A stretch of DNA of 64,000 nucleotides from a virus (IMGVR_UViG_3300005573_000055:64001-128000), one strand, 5' to 3'; positions 38,390 through 46,745 are shown, numbered from the stretch's first letter. Program-made: numbers and translations. Notes: generated from the sequence alone by a model not told the origin.

Positions 38390-38880
38390 AATGCCCTCCC
38401 GTTGTGGTTTAGCCAGCTACGATCTGGCTCGGGCAGCTTCTTATAGCCCTCCTGTGGGTCGAATTGATAGATCTCTACATTGAAATGATGGAGACCTATC
38501 AACATCCCTATCAGGGCCGATAGACCAATCGGACCGCTGAGGACTAATTTTATCTTGCAATTTTGGTTTTGTGCCATAGCACTGTAAACCTCTGTTGCAA
38601 GTTTTTTATAGTCCTCGTCGGTCACTAACATTGGTCTACCGAGCACGAGGTTGACGTCTATCAGCGTGTCAAGTTCGCCAAAGTAGGCTTTGACAGCTTC
38701 GCTAACAGGACGTCCTACCTGCAGGGCTATAATATAGTCCTTGCCGCCTTCATTGGCATATTTTTTCTTCTTGGCAATCTTGGTCTGAGACCAGATTTTA
38801 ACAGTGATTGCCAAGGAGACTAATGCCAACAAAGGCTCGGCAATAGCCCAAGCCTGGGAGATGAATTCAAAGAGGTTCAT
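38386..38880 (-). CDS. N-terminal TM helix plus short SAVED-like domain
   Basis: IKLVLSGPIGLSALIGMLIG...VEIYQFD...Y resembles the C-terminal SAVED signature (IHLFxxGPxxLAxxLG...VYx...Y). Confidence 0.65.
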   Translation of the reverse strand: MNLFEFISQAWAIAEPLLALVSLAITVKIWSQTKIAKKKKYANEGGKDYIIALQVGRPVSEAVKAYFGELDTLIDVNLVLGRPMLVTDEDYKKLATEVYSAMAQNQNCKIKLVLSGPIGLSALIGMLIGLHHFNVEIYQFDPQEGYKKLPEPDRSWLNHNGRAL

Positions 38881-38932
38881 GACTGCCTCCCGATGGCTAA
38901 ACTTAGAACTGGTATAACGGTCTATAGAATGG

Positions 38933-39754
38933 CTAAACTATCCTGCCTCCGTTATACCAGTACATGAACCCTCCTGGAGCCCATTTTGTCCTAAGCCCCA
39001 TTCTCAGTTCAGGGAACTTTCTGGAAACCTCATCAAGATATTCCATAGTGGTCTCCAGCGGCAATGGTCGCCAATCAATTCCAGACACGGGCTTGTATAC
39101 CCTGACTGTCCAGAATTTATTGTCGACATTGCCATGCTTAACAACCATCTCTGCGATGTGCAGGAAATCATCCAAGGTGGTTGTAGAAAATACGCATGTG
39201 CGTACATCTACAAGCACACCTTTATTGCTTAAGATCTCCTGAACACGCAGGGAGTTGTTGAGCATTTTTTCTCCCTGACCGTTTCTGAGGCCAGCGCGCA
39301 TATTGAATTCTGCGCCGTCTGCGGCCTTAAGATCAATTGCTGCATAATCCAAATACGGCAGCAGCATTTCAACAAATTTAGGACTGCTGCCATTATGCGC
39401 AATTGAAATCTTCTGGCCACGTTCAGCACAGAAGCGCGCTATATCCATAGAGTCTTTGATAAAGACACAAGGATCGCCTCCAGAAAGACGAATCCTTTCG
39501 CCTTTATCTAAGGACTCCTGGATCAGAGAGAATATCTCTGAGGCTTTATATCTTCCGGCAGTGATTATGTCACCTTTGTCGGTGACAAACTGCCCGTCGC
39601 GTTTGCAATATGGGCAGTGGAAGTTACACCTGCCGAAAGAGATAATCCTCATCATCTCTATTTCCCTACCAAATAACTTGAGGAAATAGGCCGGTCGCAC
39701 TTCTGCAGCCGGCTTTCCTCCGTAGGGAATGAGAGTGAGTATTCTCTCTTTCAT
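38933..39754 (-). CDS. Radical SAM enzyme (NrdG/PflA activase-like)
   Basis: CNFHCPYC, LSGGDP, HNGS, DYAAIDLKA, VDVRT; GGAGG RBS at MKERIL. Confidence 0.9.
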   Translation of the reverse strand: MKERILTLIPYGGKPAAEVRPAYFLKLFGREIEMMRIISFGRCNFHCPYCKRDGQFVTDKGDIITAGRYKASEIFSLIQESLDKGERIRLSGGDPCVFIKDSMDIARFCAERGQKISIAHNGSSPKFVEMLLPYLDYAAIDLKAADGAEFNMRAGLRNGQGEKMLNNSLRVQEILSNKGVLVDVRTCVFSTTTLDDFLHIAEMVVKHGNVDNKFWTVRVYKPVSGIDWRPLPLETTMEYLDEVSRKFPELRMGLRTKWAPGGFMYWYNGGRIV

Positions 39755-39813
39755 GTGGCCTCCAGGCTGGAGGTTCATGTTCATTGATTTATTTTATCTA
39801 TTATCTACTATCC

Positions 39814-42576
39814 TTAATCCTCCTTTCTTAATTTAAACTTAACGCTGAAGCCAGTCGGCTTGCCAGTCTTAACACTGATGTAAGGATATACCTCGTCAAC
39901 TCGGTAATATCCTTCATCAATGTTGCGGCATTCATCGCCGACTTTGAACTTCAGCTTCTGACCGCCTACTGAGATGCTAAAGGTCTTTATTTCTTTGCCA
40001 TTAGCATCTCTTTCGGCGGTAATTTCTACGAGTGAATCTCTGTGTTTTGTTCTGGCATTGATGTCCAATGCTTCGAACATTTCACAGAGATTCAGCTCGT
40101 CAGCGTATACCCGCACCTCGAACGTTGGCAGTGCGGCATTAAAGAAGTTGCTTGTGGCAATATACCACTTCAACTCCTTGGTGCCGCCAATGCCAAGCTC
40201 GCAGAGCACCTCAAGGAGTACCTGCCATACGCCATTGATGAACAGGTATCCTTGAGATTTGCGCTTCTGCGGGTCATTGCTGGTTGCTATGTATTCGAGG
40301 ACCGAATATACAACAGCCTTTTGGTCCTCTTTACATAGTGCCATGAACTGCAAAGAATACTTCTTATTAATTTCTCGTATCTTTGCAATTCTGGCATCAA
40401 CGTCTCGCTTGAGCTCTTCGATTTTATTAAGAGCTGCAATTTCGCCCTTATAATCGAAGTAGCTCCTGAGTTTTCTGCCGTATTTAGCGAGACGCTCAGC
40501 AATGGCCTGCTGCTGGCGCACACTCAGGTGCGGGTACACCTGGTCGGCAATACCAGCCTGCAGCTTGCCAAAGACCTCTTTGACAATTCCGTTCATATTT
40601 CTGACGAAATTGTCAATTATGGAGTCTTTGACAATCCGAGAATCCCCTTCCTCTCTGAAGAATCGAGGAGCAAGGAATGCAAAGCATTGAGACTGCTTGA
40701 TTGCATCAATGCAAGCCTCAACCTTTACCGCCTGCTCTTCATATCCTTCAGCTGAACCCTTCTGGACTCTATCAATAATGGGTTCAAACTGGAAGGAATT
40801 CTCCTGCAGGGTCTGGTAGAGGGCCATGAGATCCTTGTCTTTGTTGCCAAAGACGAAGATCTCGACCTTTAGGGCAGCCTTAAGCATCTCAACATTGGCT
40901 GCGCGGCCAATGATGTATGCTTTGCCCGCGAAGTCTCTAACAGATTGTAATAGTTTTTCATCTTCTGTTAGAGTTGGCCCGATAGCTTTGATAGCTGTGG
41001 CGGTAAGTGTATCTACAAGACCGCTTACAGCCATGAAAGCTTTGGCCACATCTGCGGGCAGGTTGCCCTTAGGTCCGGCTGCCTGAGGAGCTTCGGCTTT
41101 AGCCTTAGCTTCCCCATCAAGAGGTGTTTCGGCAGCTGGTACCCACTCTACATTACTCCAACCAGCTTTGCGAACAATAGAATATTCGCCAAGCTGATTT
41201 GGATTTCTGTAGAGCAGATACTTGCCTCTGCCCTTCTTGATGAGGACAAAGCTATCGTCGAAATCAGGACCGCCGTGTCGGGGTTTGAGTCTGAGATACT
41301 CATCCCAGCCAACGCACACGTTGTTCTGATCGACAATAACTCTGCCTTCAGGCAGCCTTCCGAAGAATACCTTGCCATCTTCGACTTTAACGATAGATGT
41401 AAGGTATCTTCTTTTGGCCCCTGGCACGAAGACTCTGGGCCATTGGGACTCATCGGCTTTGCCGGTGCCCCATTTTGGCCCATAGAACTTCTTGCCGACC
41501 AGCCGAATAACGTCCATGACCAGAGGTCTAAAGACGCTCCAGTCTACTCCGGCTTTGATGAACTCTTTGAGTCTCCACCCGCTACTGCCAAGTGGATTGA
41601 GCTCATCTTCTTCCGGATCAACGTTGTCCGGCATTGTCTCTTCGGCATCGCCGTCGTCGATGCTGAGGATGATCTCGTTAAATTTCTCACGATCGGTGAG
41701 AGCATTAACAATATATCTCACCGTCTCACCGAGATATTTAACGAGTTTTTCGGCCCTCAGCTGACCAACTGCCAATAGATTGAGTGCAGATTGCACATCA
41801 ATCATGACGTGGTCGTTGCCGTGGACCTCCTCAGCAATCGCCCAGACAACATCACGAGCTTTGACGCCGTGGTCTTTGCACCACTGAGCGTTAATGGCAA
41901 GCTCGCGTTTGATGTTGCTTTCGGCGATATAAATATCGTTAACAGGGACTTTGTTGGAAACAACAATGTGTCCCTTAACGAATTTATCACCGAGCAACAT
42001 CGTGATGCTGCCTCGACGGCGAACGCCGAGTAGCGCTGCGGCGCCGCTGCCAGCAACTACCTGGCCGTCTAAGGCTATGTAACCAGGTATATACTTAATA
42101 TTAATATACTCTGGTATAGCCTTGAGGCCTTTGGCCGAAGATAGCCTCAACAGTCGGCCGATTCTCTTTCCAGCCGTCTGTTTGTTGGCATCTTCTTTGG
42201 CCTTAATCGGTAGCTGCATCAGCTTTCCAGCACTGTCAAATATTTTGACAATGTACAGATCTGTATCTTTGTGATAACAGATCGTACTATTGTCAAAATG
42301 ATTTGCAATGCTGTCAAGCTGCGGCTTGGTGTCATTGCCGATAGTCGAGTGTTCAACTATCGTCAAGACCCAGCCTTCAGCAAAAGCATCTATAAATCCT
42401 GGTCTGAGATCAGGATTATAGAACTTTTGCTGAACTGGCAGCGCTCCGATCAATTCCTTTTCGGCAGCTAAGATGGCTTGCTTGCTTTCTCCGTAGAGAT
42501 AAGCAGTGAAGCCATCCTGATAGTTGCCGATTAGGAATGCCTTAACTGTCATGGCAGCCTCCTTCATGCTTGCCAT
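39814..42576 (-). CDS. YonO/cellular-RdRP-like single-chain two-barrel polymerase with atypical DFDD loop
   Basis: GKRIGRLLRLSS, LDGQVVAGS, KFVKGHIVV, IYIAESNIK, RVFVPG, HGGPDFDDSF, LLYRNPN, IGRAAN, IIDRVQKG parallel RdRP/YonO motifs. Confidence 0.72.
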   Translation of the reverse strand: MASMKEAAMTVKAFLIGNYQDGFTAYLYGESKQAILAAEKELIGALPVQQKFYNPDLRPGFIDAFAEGWVLTIVEHSTIGNDTKPQLDSIANHFDNSTICYHKDTDLYIVKIFDSAGKLMQLPIKAKEDANKQTAGKRIGRLLRLSSAKGLKAIPEYINIKYIPGYIALDGQVVAGSGAAALLGVRRRGSITMLLGDKFVKGHIVVSNKVPVNDIYIAESNIKRELAINAQWCKDHGVKARDVVWAIAEEVHGNDHVMIDVQSALNLLAVGQLRAEKLVKYLGETVRYIVNALTDREKFNEIILSIDDGDAEETMPDNVDPEEDELNPLGSSGWRLKEFIKAGVDWSVFRPLVMDVIRLVGKKFYGPKWGTGKADESQWPRVFVPGAKRRYLTSIVKVEDGKVFFGRLPEGRVIVDQNNVCVGWDEYLRLKPRHGGPDFDDSFVLIKKGRGKYLLYRNPNQLGEYSIVRKAGWSNVEWVPAAETPLDGEAKAKAEAPQAAGPKGNLPADVAKAFMAVSGLVDTLTATAIKAIGPTLTEDEKLLQSVRDFAGKAYIIGRAANVEMLKAALKVEIFVFGNKDKDLMALYQTLQENSFQFEPIIDRVQKGSAEGYEEQAVKVEACIDAIKQSQCFAFLAPRFFREEGDSRIVKDSIIDNFVRNMNGIVKEVFGKLQAGIADQVYPHLSVRQQQAIAERLAKYGRKLRSYFDYKGEIAALNKIEELKRDVDARIAKIREINKKYSLQFMALCKEDQKAVVYSVLEYIATSNDPQKRKSQGYLFINGVWQVLLEVLCELGIGGTKELKWYIATSNFFNAALPTFEVRVYADELNLCEMFEALDINARTKHRDSLVEITAERDANGKEIKTFSISVGGQKLKFKVGDECRNIDEGYYRVDEVYPYISVKTGKPTGFSVKFKLRKED

Positions 42577-42600
42577 GCAGTTTTTGGCTTCTCTTCTATT

Positions 42601-43392
42601 TTAGAAGGACATCAAGCTTGGTCTTTCGCCAAGCTCTTCGAGCTTGCGAAGACTAGCTTGATATGTTTCCTTTAAGTATGCTAATGTCTCCTTGTATTGG
42701 GCAACAAAGTCTCGCTTCATCTTACGGGCGAGACTGTTGCCAAATTCCTTTTTGAAATGGGCCGTTTTGTATTTAATATATTTGGCCCAATTTTTGATCT
42801 TTTTCCGGAAATATTTAACATCCCGGAAAATTTCTTTGTATTCTTTTAACCAAATCTTTTCGGCTTTTTTAGCCTTTTTGATTTGGTCGAATAATTTAGC
42901 TGCAGCATCCATAATGGTAAGATGCTTCTTACCGATTATGTCTACTGCCGTCCATGCGGATTTGGCACCGACTTCTTGTGCCTTCTCTGCATAGAACTTA
43001 TTCAGTTGCTCAATTGATTTATTAAGCTTTTTGAGCACTGAACTGTAAATTCTTTGGGCTCTGGTCAAACCGATACCGCGTACCGTGACCTGACCCTTCA
43101 TTCTTCTAAGGGTGGTGACGGCACGGGCTTTGTCGACCAATTTGTAAGCCCACTGAAGCTTCCAGCTGAGCCTTCTGACTCTAGCTTTCAGCTTTTTTTC
43201 TGTCTCATTCATTTTATTTATTTTGATTTTTGGGGCCCTTGCCACCTTGTCCTTTAGGACGAGGAGCTTGGCGGCCTGGACGGCGCCGGCCCCGACAGTT
43301 TTGTCCCCCGAAGCGGCTCTGTGGAGCACATCACGAGCCTCCTTCAGGGTGGCTGGCAGTTCTACCAGCCAATCCTTTTTAATTTTTTTCAT
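42601..43392 (-). CDS. Highly basic Lys/Arg-rich helical protein
   Basis: Very high K/R content; start moved to MKKIKK with GAGG RBS. Confidence 0.7.
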   Translation of the reverse strand: MKKIKKDWLVELPATLKEARDVLHRAASGDKTVGAGAVQAAKLLVLKDKVARAPKIKINKMNETEKKLKARVRRLSWKLQWAYKLVDKARAVTTLRRMKGQVTVRGIGLTRAQRIYSSVLKKLNKSIEQLNKFYAEKAQEVGAKSAWTAVDIIGKKHLTIMDAAAKLFDQIKKAKKAEKIWLKEYKEIFRDVKYFRKKIKNWAKYIKYKTAHFKKEFGNSLARKMKRDFVAQYKETLAYLKETYQASLRKLEELGERPSLMSF

Positions 43393-43399
43393 GATTTCC

Positions 43400-43720
43400 T
43401 CAAATTTTTGCTTGCAATACACCGGCGGTTTTTGTATATTGCAAGCGGTTTTGGTTTTTACCAAACCGCCCTTAGCCGGGTAGCGTGTTTAGGCACGCTG
43501 CCCGACACATCTAATTGAATTTAGCGTCCCAATTAGCAAGGACGGTGCGTTGAAAAAGCAAGTCGCACGCTTGCCCTGTCAAACTCTACGGCACTGACAG
43601 GCATGCCCTTGTTGATTTGGCGCCACGAACCAGGCTCAACAAGCCAAGCCTGAGCAAAGCAGGAAGCGCGCATCGGTGGCACACCTCGCCGAAGCGGGTG
43701 CTCATGCGTGCTGCAATTAT
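43400..43720 (-). ncRNA. Structured leader/ncRNA upstream of the basic protein-polymerase operon
   Basis: Stems GCTTGCAATA/TATTGCAAGC, GCGGTTT/AAACCGC, CCTGTCA/TGACAGG, CTCAGGCT/AGCCTG; pseudoknot at 43511-43544. Confidence 0.55.
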
Positions 43721-43770
43721 TTTTATTCCCCGTGTGTGTTATATTACACAGGGAACAATTCTAAAAAAAA

Positions 43771-43830
43771 TAGTTCGATTCAAGTGTGTGTGTGTGGCGT
43801 GTGTGTGATGCACGCTACGCATACACATAA
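43771..43830 (-). promoter_or_regulatory. (AC)n...AATCGAACTA motif, copy 3
   Basis: + tagttcgatt followed by GT-dinucleotide tracts. Confidence 0.6.
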
Positions 43831-43861
43831 AAGCGATTCAATCGTTAATCAACTAATTGAA

Positions 43862-45058
43862 TCACTTTTTTATTAACTTGAGGGCCGCCTTGAGACCCTC
43901 AAGAATACCGTCGACATCGCGGACATCCACTCTGTCGACGTATAGGATTTTCCCATCTCCTACAGTACGCCATCTTGCACGTGGAGTACTGTATTTATAA
44001 GCATAATTATCCAAGTAAATCCATGTGGACTTACCGGATAATTTATTGTCTTCGAGATGGGAAATCCCATCATAGTCGCCAATGTAGAGGATATAGTCGA
44101 ATTGACTATATATCTCACGCTGGCGACTTTCCTCATCAACGTCTTTTTCTATTATGCTGCCATTTGAATTTGGCGCATAATATACTGAGACGTTGATTTC
44201 CTTGGCGAAATTAGCTAATTCTTGGGCGATCTTTTTAGTTGCGCCCGAGAATGTTACACAGGACCCGCTCTCATCGTTGGTGATGAGAATCTTTGGTCCG
44301 TCGTTCTTTCGCCAAGGATCATATACTGCGGGCAACGGATTTCTATGCGTTGCCCGCAGTATTTCATACTTTAGAGGGTTGATCTTTTCTTCCTCAATTG
44401 TGGGTAACCCTCTCAAACCCCACAATTGGGCCAAAATTTCAGCACAAGCCGCCTCTGTGCGGCGATCGATTTCAATGTCGCCGCCGCCACCAACACATGT
44501 GGCCGGCGACTTGTGCTTATGAATTAATTTTATTTTTGCATCGGGATTTCCATCAAGCTGTTTTTTGACAGCTTCCCGATGCTTTTTAATTAATTCTTGC
44601 TTCTTCCGTCTCTTATAAGAGACGAGAAGAGCTAAATTTTTATTGAGGGCTTCTTGTGCCTTTTCATAATCCTGAGCGTCTTTACGCCCAAGATTATCAG
44701 GCTTTGAAGCCCTCTTTTTGGGCGAGGAGGGCTTGTCTTTGCCTTTGCCCTCCTCTTTCCCATTTCGAATCTCTTGATTAGCGACGCTATCGCCCCCATG
44801 ATAGTCGTCGCTAATTTTTTCAATAGCGTCTTGCACCTCTGCTTGCATCTGGTGCAGACGCTTTTCTGAAACTTTGTAGAGTTTTCCACCGCCCAGCTTC
44901 AGCGCCTCATCCATTGTGAGGTCCCTGCAGAAGCCAGGGCCATATATAAAACTATGGACACCATTTTCATATAAGGTGCCCTTTTTCAGATCCGGTACGT
45001 ATTCATAATGATATACTTTACCGGATCTATCTGTAATCAAAAAAGTGATTACTTTCAT
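43862..45058 (-). CDS. VWA-like (MIDAS) partner of the MoxR ATPase
   Basis: LITNDESGSC (DxSxS), LYIGDYDG; charged linker; follows MoxR. Confidence 0.7.
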   Translation of the reverse strand: MKVITFLITDRSGKVYHYEYVPDLKKGTLYENGVHSFIYGPGFCRDLTMDEALKLGGGKLYKVSEKRLHQMQAEVQDAIEKISDDYHGGDSVANQEIRNGKEEGKGKDKPSSPKKRASKPDNLGRKDAQDYEKAQEALNKNLALLVSYKRRKKQELIKKHREAVKKQLDGNPDAKIKLIHKHKSPATCVGGGGDIEIDRRTEAACAEILAQLWGLRGLPTIEEEKINPLKYEILRATHRNPLPAVYDPWRKNDGPKILITNDESGSCVTFSGATKKIAQELANFAKEINVSVYYAPNSNGSIIEKDVDEESRQREIYSQFDYILYIGDYDGISHLEDNKLSGKSTWIYLDNYAYKYSTPRARWRTVGDGKILYVDRVDVRDVDGILEGLKAALKLIKK

Positions 45059-45074
45059 ATTTTCTCCACTCTTA

Positions 45075-45123
45075 GCCCCCACGCCCGACTTGAACGGGCT
45101 GCTGGCCTGATCCAGGGTGGGGA
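45075..45123 (-). ncRNA. Anticodon-less tRNA-like element B
   Basis: TCCCCAC-C-CTGG[ATCAGG]CCAG-CA-GCCCG[TTCAAGT]CGGGC-GTGGGGG-C; compensatory A-T to C-G change in the T stem relative to element A. Confidence 0.78.
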
Positions 45124-45128
45124 ACCAT

Positions 45129-45860
45129 TTAACAATATTCGGACTTCAACGCCTTGAAGGCGTTGAAGCCGATGATTTCAATTAATTTCTTTCTAGTCTC
45201 GGAAGGATCGCCGGTCTCCTTCCAGAGACTTGTCCAAAAGGCGGGTTCGGGTAGCCCGCCTTGGACTTTTTTGATTAAATTTGCCATCTCTATCGCGGAT
45301 GGCGATTTAAACGCATCCTCTCCGCGAAGAGAGGCTAAAATGCTTTTAATTACATTCTTGTATTCCAGGCCGGCGTCCTGGAATACAAGACGGTCAGTTA
45401 CCTCGCTATACCCCACGTAGGTCCTGACCGTAAACCTACGCAAGGTTTCTTCTCGCAACCCCCTTCTGTTATTGGAGGTCGCTAAGAAGATAATCTGCTC
45501 TGGGCGGTACTGGATTTCCCGCCCCATTATCTCAATTAAGCTGTCCTCCAAGAGTGGAAGGAGGAGATCCTCCACTCTTGGTTTGGACTTATCGATCTCA
45601 TCGAGGAGAATTATTACCTTCTCCTCGAGAGAGGCTTCCAACCCCTTTGTTAGAGGGGTGGAGAATAAATGTAGTAAACCGTCGACAACCGTCCACCCGA
45701 AGAACAGCTCTTCGGGGGTGAGGCTATCGGTTATCGACATTTTAAACATTTTATAATTAAACCTTTCCGCCAGCCTCTTGGCGGTAAAGGTTTTCCCAGT
45801 CCCGGGTGGTCCCCAGAGGAGGACCTTGTCTCCGGGCTGGAGCCAATTTATAATATCCAT
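45129..45860 (-). CDS. MoxR-family AAA+ ATPase
   Basis: WGPPGTGKT, ILLDEIDK, TSNNRRGLREETLRRF; start moved to MDIINW. Confidence 0.88.
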   Translation of the reverse strand: MDIINWLQPGDKVLLWGPPGTGKTFTAKRLAERFNYKMFKMSITDSLTPEELFFGWTVVDGLLHLFSTPLTKGLEASLEEKVIILLDEIDKSKPRVEDLLLPLLEDSLIEIMGREIQYRPEQIIFLATSNNRRGLREETLRRFTVRTYVGYSEVTDRLVFQDAGLEYKNVIKSILASLRGEDAFKSPSAIEMANLIKKVQGGLPEPAFWTSLWKETGDPSETRKKLIEIIGFNAFKALKSEYC

Positions 45861-45869
45861 CTTATTTTT

Positions 45870-46495
45870 CCTTAAAATCCGCCACCGATTCCCCTCCCTT
45901 GGTGCGGGTTGCTGCATCAACAGGCACCTAAATCCTGTTGACGCCCTGCGGGTTGAGGGTGGGTGACTACACGACTCGTCTTCCACCCTGAGGGGCGCCT
46001 TAGGTGGGCCACTCTATCCGTCAAAGCCTATTATCTAGCAGCCCAGTTATCTACAGTATACCGCTAGTAACAGGCACATGCTAGACGGATAGCCATCTTC
46101 ACTCAGCTATAATCGTGAAGATGGGAGCCCGTTCGGCTTCGTAACCACAAGAGAATGTCCAGAGTATAACTGTATTAAAGTTATAGCCCTTTAATACAGC
46201 CTTCTGAATATGGACATTCTCCCTTTTGTCCGCCTACCCGGCGCAGAGAAAGTTAAGTCGTGTTAGCTATCTCTGCTACCGCTATGTCGGCAGACAAAAA
46301 ATACATAGCTCCGTTGTTTAAAGTGGGATACGGCACCACTGTTAGACCCTTTTGATGGTCATAGATACCTCCTTTCTCTGCTCCTTTTCCGCCGGCGGCA
46401 TAGCGGAAACGGAACAGCTTAAGTTAAACATTATCCAGCCGCCTTTTAACATGGGGTGGGCTCGCAGCAAGAAAGCATGCCTCTGCCCACCCCAA
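45870..46495 (-). ncRNA. Long hairpin/pseudoknot-dense non-coding tract with a micro-ORF
   Basis: Stems GAGAATGTCCA/TGGACATTCTC, CTGTATTAAAG/CTTTAATACAG, CCATCTTCAC/GTGAAGATGG, CTATCCGTC/GACGGATAG; pseudoknot at 46224-46309. Confidence 0.6.
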
Positions 46496-46504
46496 AAACA
46501 AAGA

Positions 46505-46745
46505 CCTGGTCTCTTCCTTCTGTCCCTTCTATCTCTATTTCCCTCCCTCTCTGTCTCCCATCTCCATTCTCTTCCCCTCTCTGCCCCTTCCATCTCTGTT
46601 CCCTCTCCCTTTCTGTCTCTCCTATCTGTATATCCCTCTCTGTCTGTCTATCCTCTCTGCTAACCCATTTCCCTCTACCTGCCGTTCTTTCTTGCCTTCT
46701 TCCCTCACTTTTTCCCTCATTTCTTCCCTCGTCGCCTGCTTGCTT
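46505..46745 (+). other. Polypyrimidine/polypurine tract at the divergent transcription junction
   Basis: + strand overwhelmingly C/T (tctctatttcccctccctctct...). Confidence 0.75.

Noticed and set aside
36843-38880. Type III CRISPR or CBASS defence operon
   Set aside because: No Cas10, cyclase or array in the window; the genes are isolated in a phage region
39974-42471. Many antisense/alternate-frame ORFs
   Set aside because: Shadows of the GC-richer 920-aa gene; no RBS or motifs
36774-45123. Canonical tRNA or tmRNA genes
   Set aside because: Elements are only 49-55 nt, with no anticodon arm and no tag reading frame
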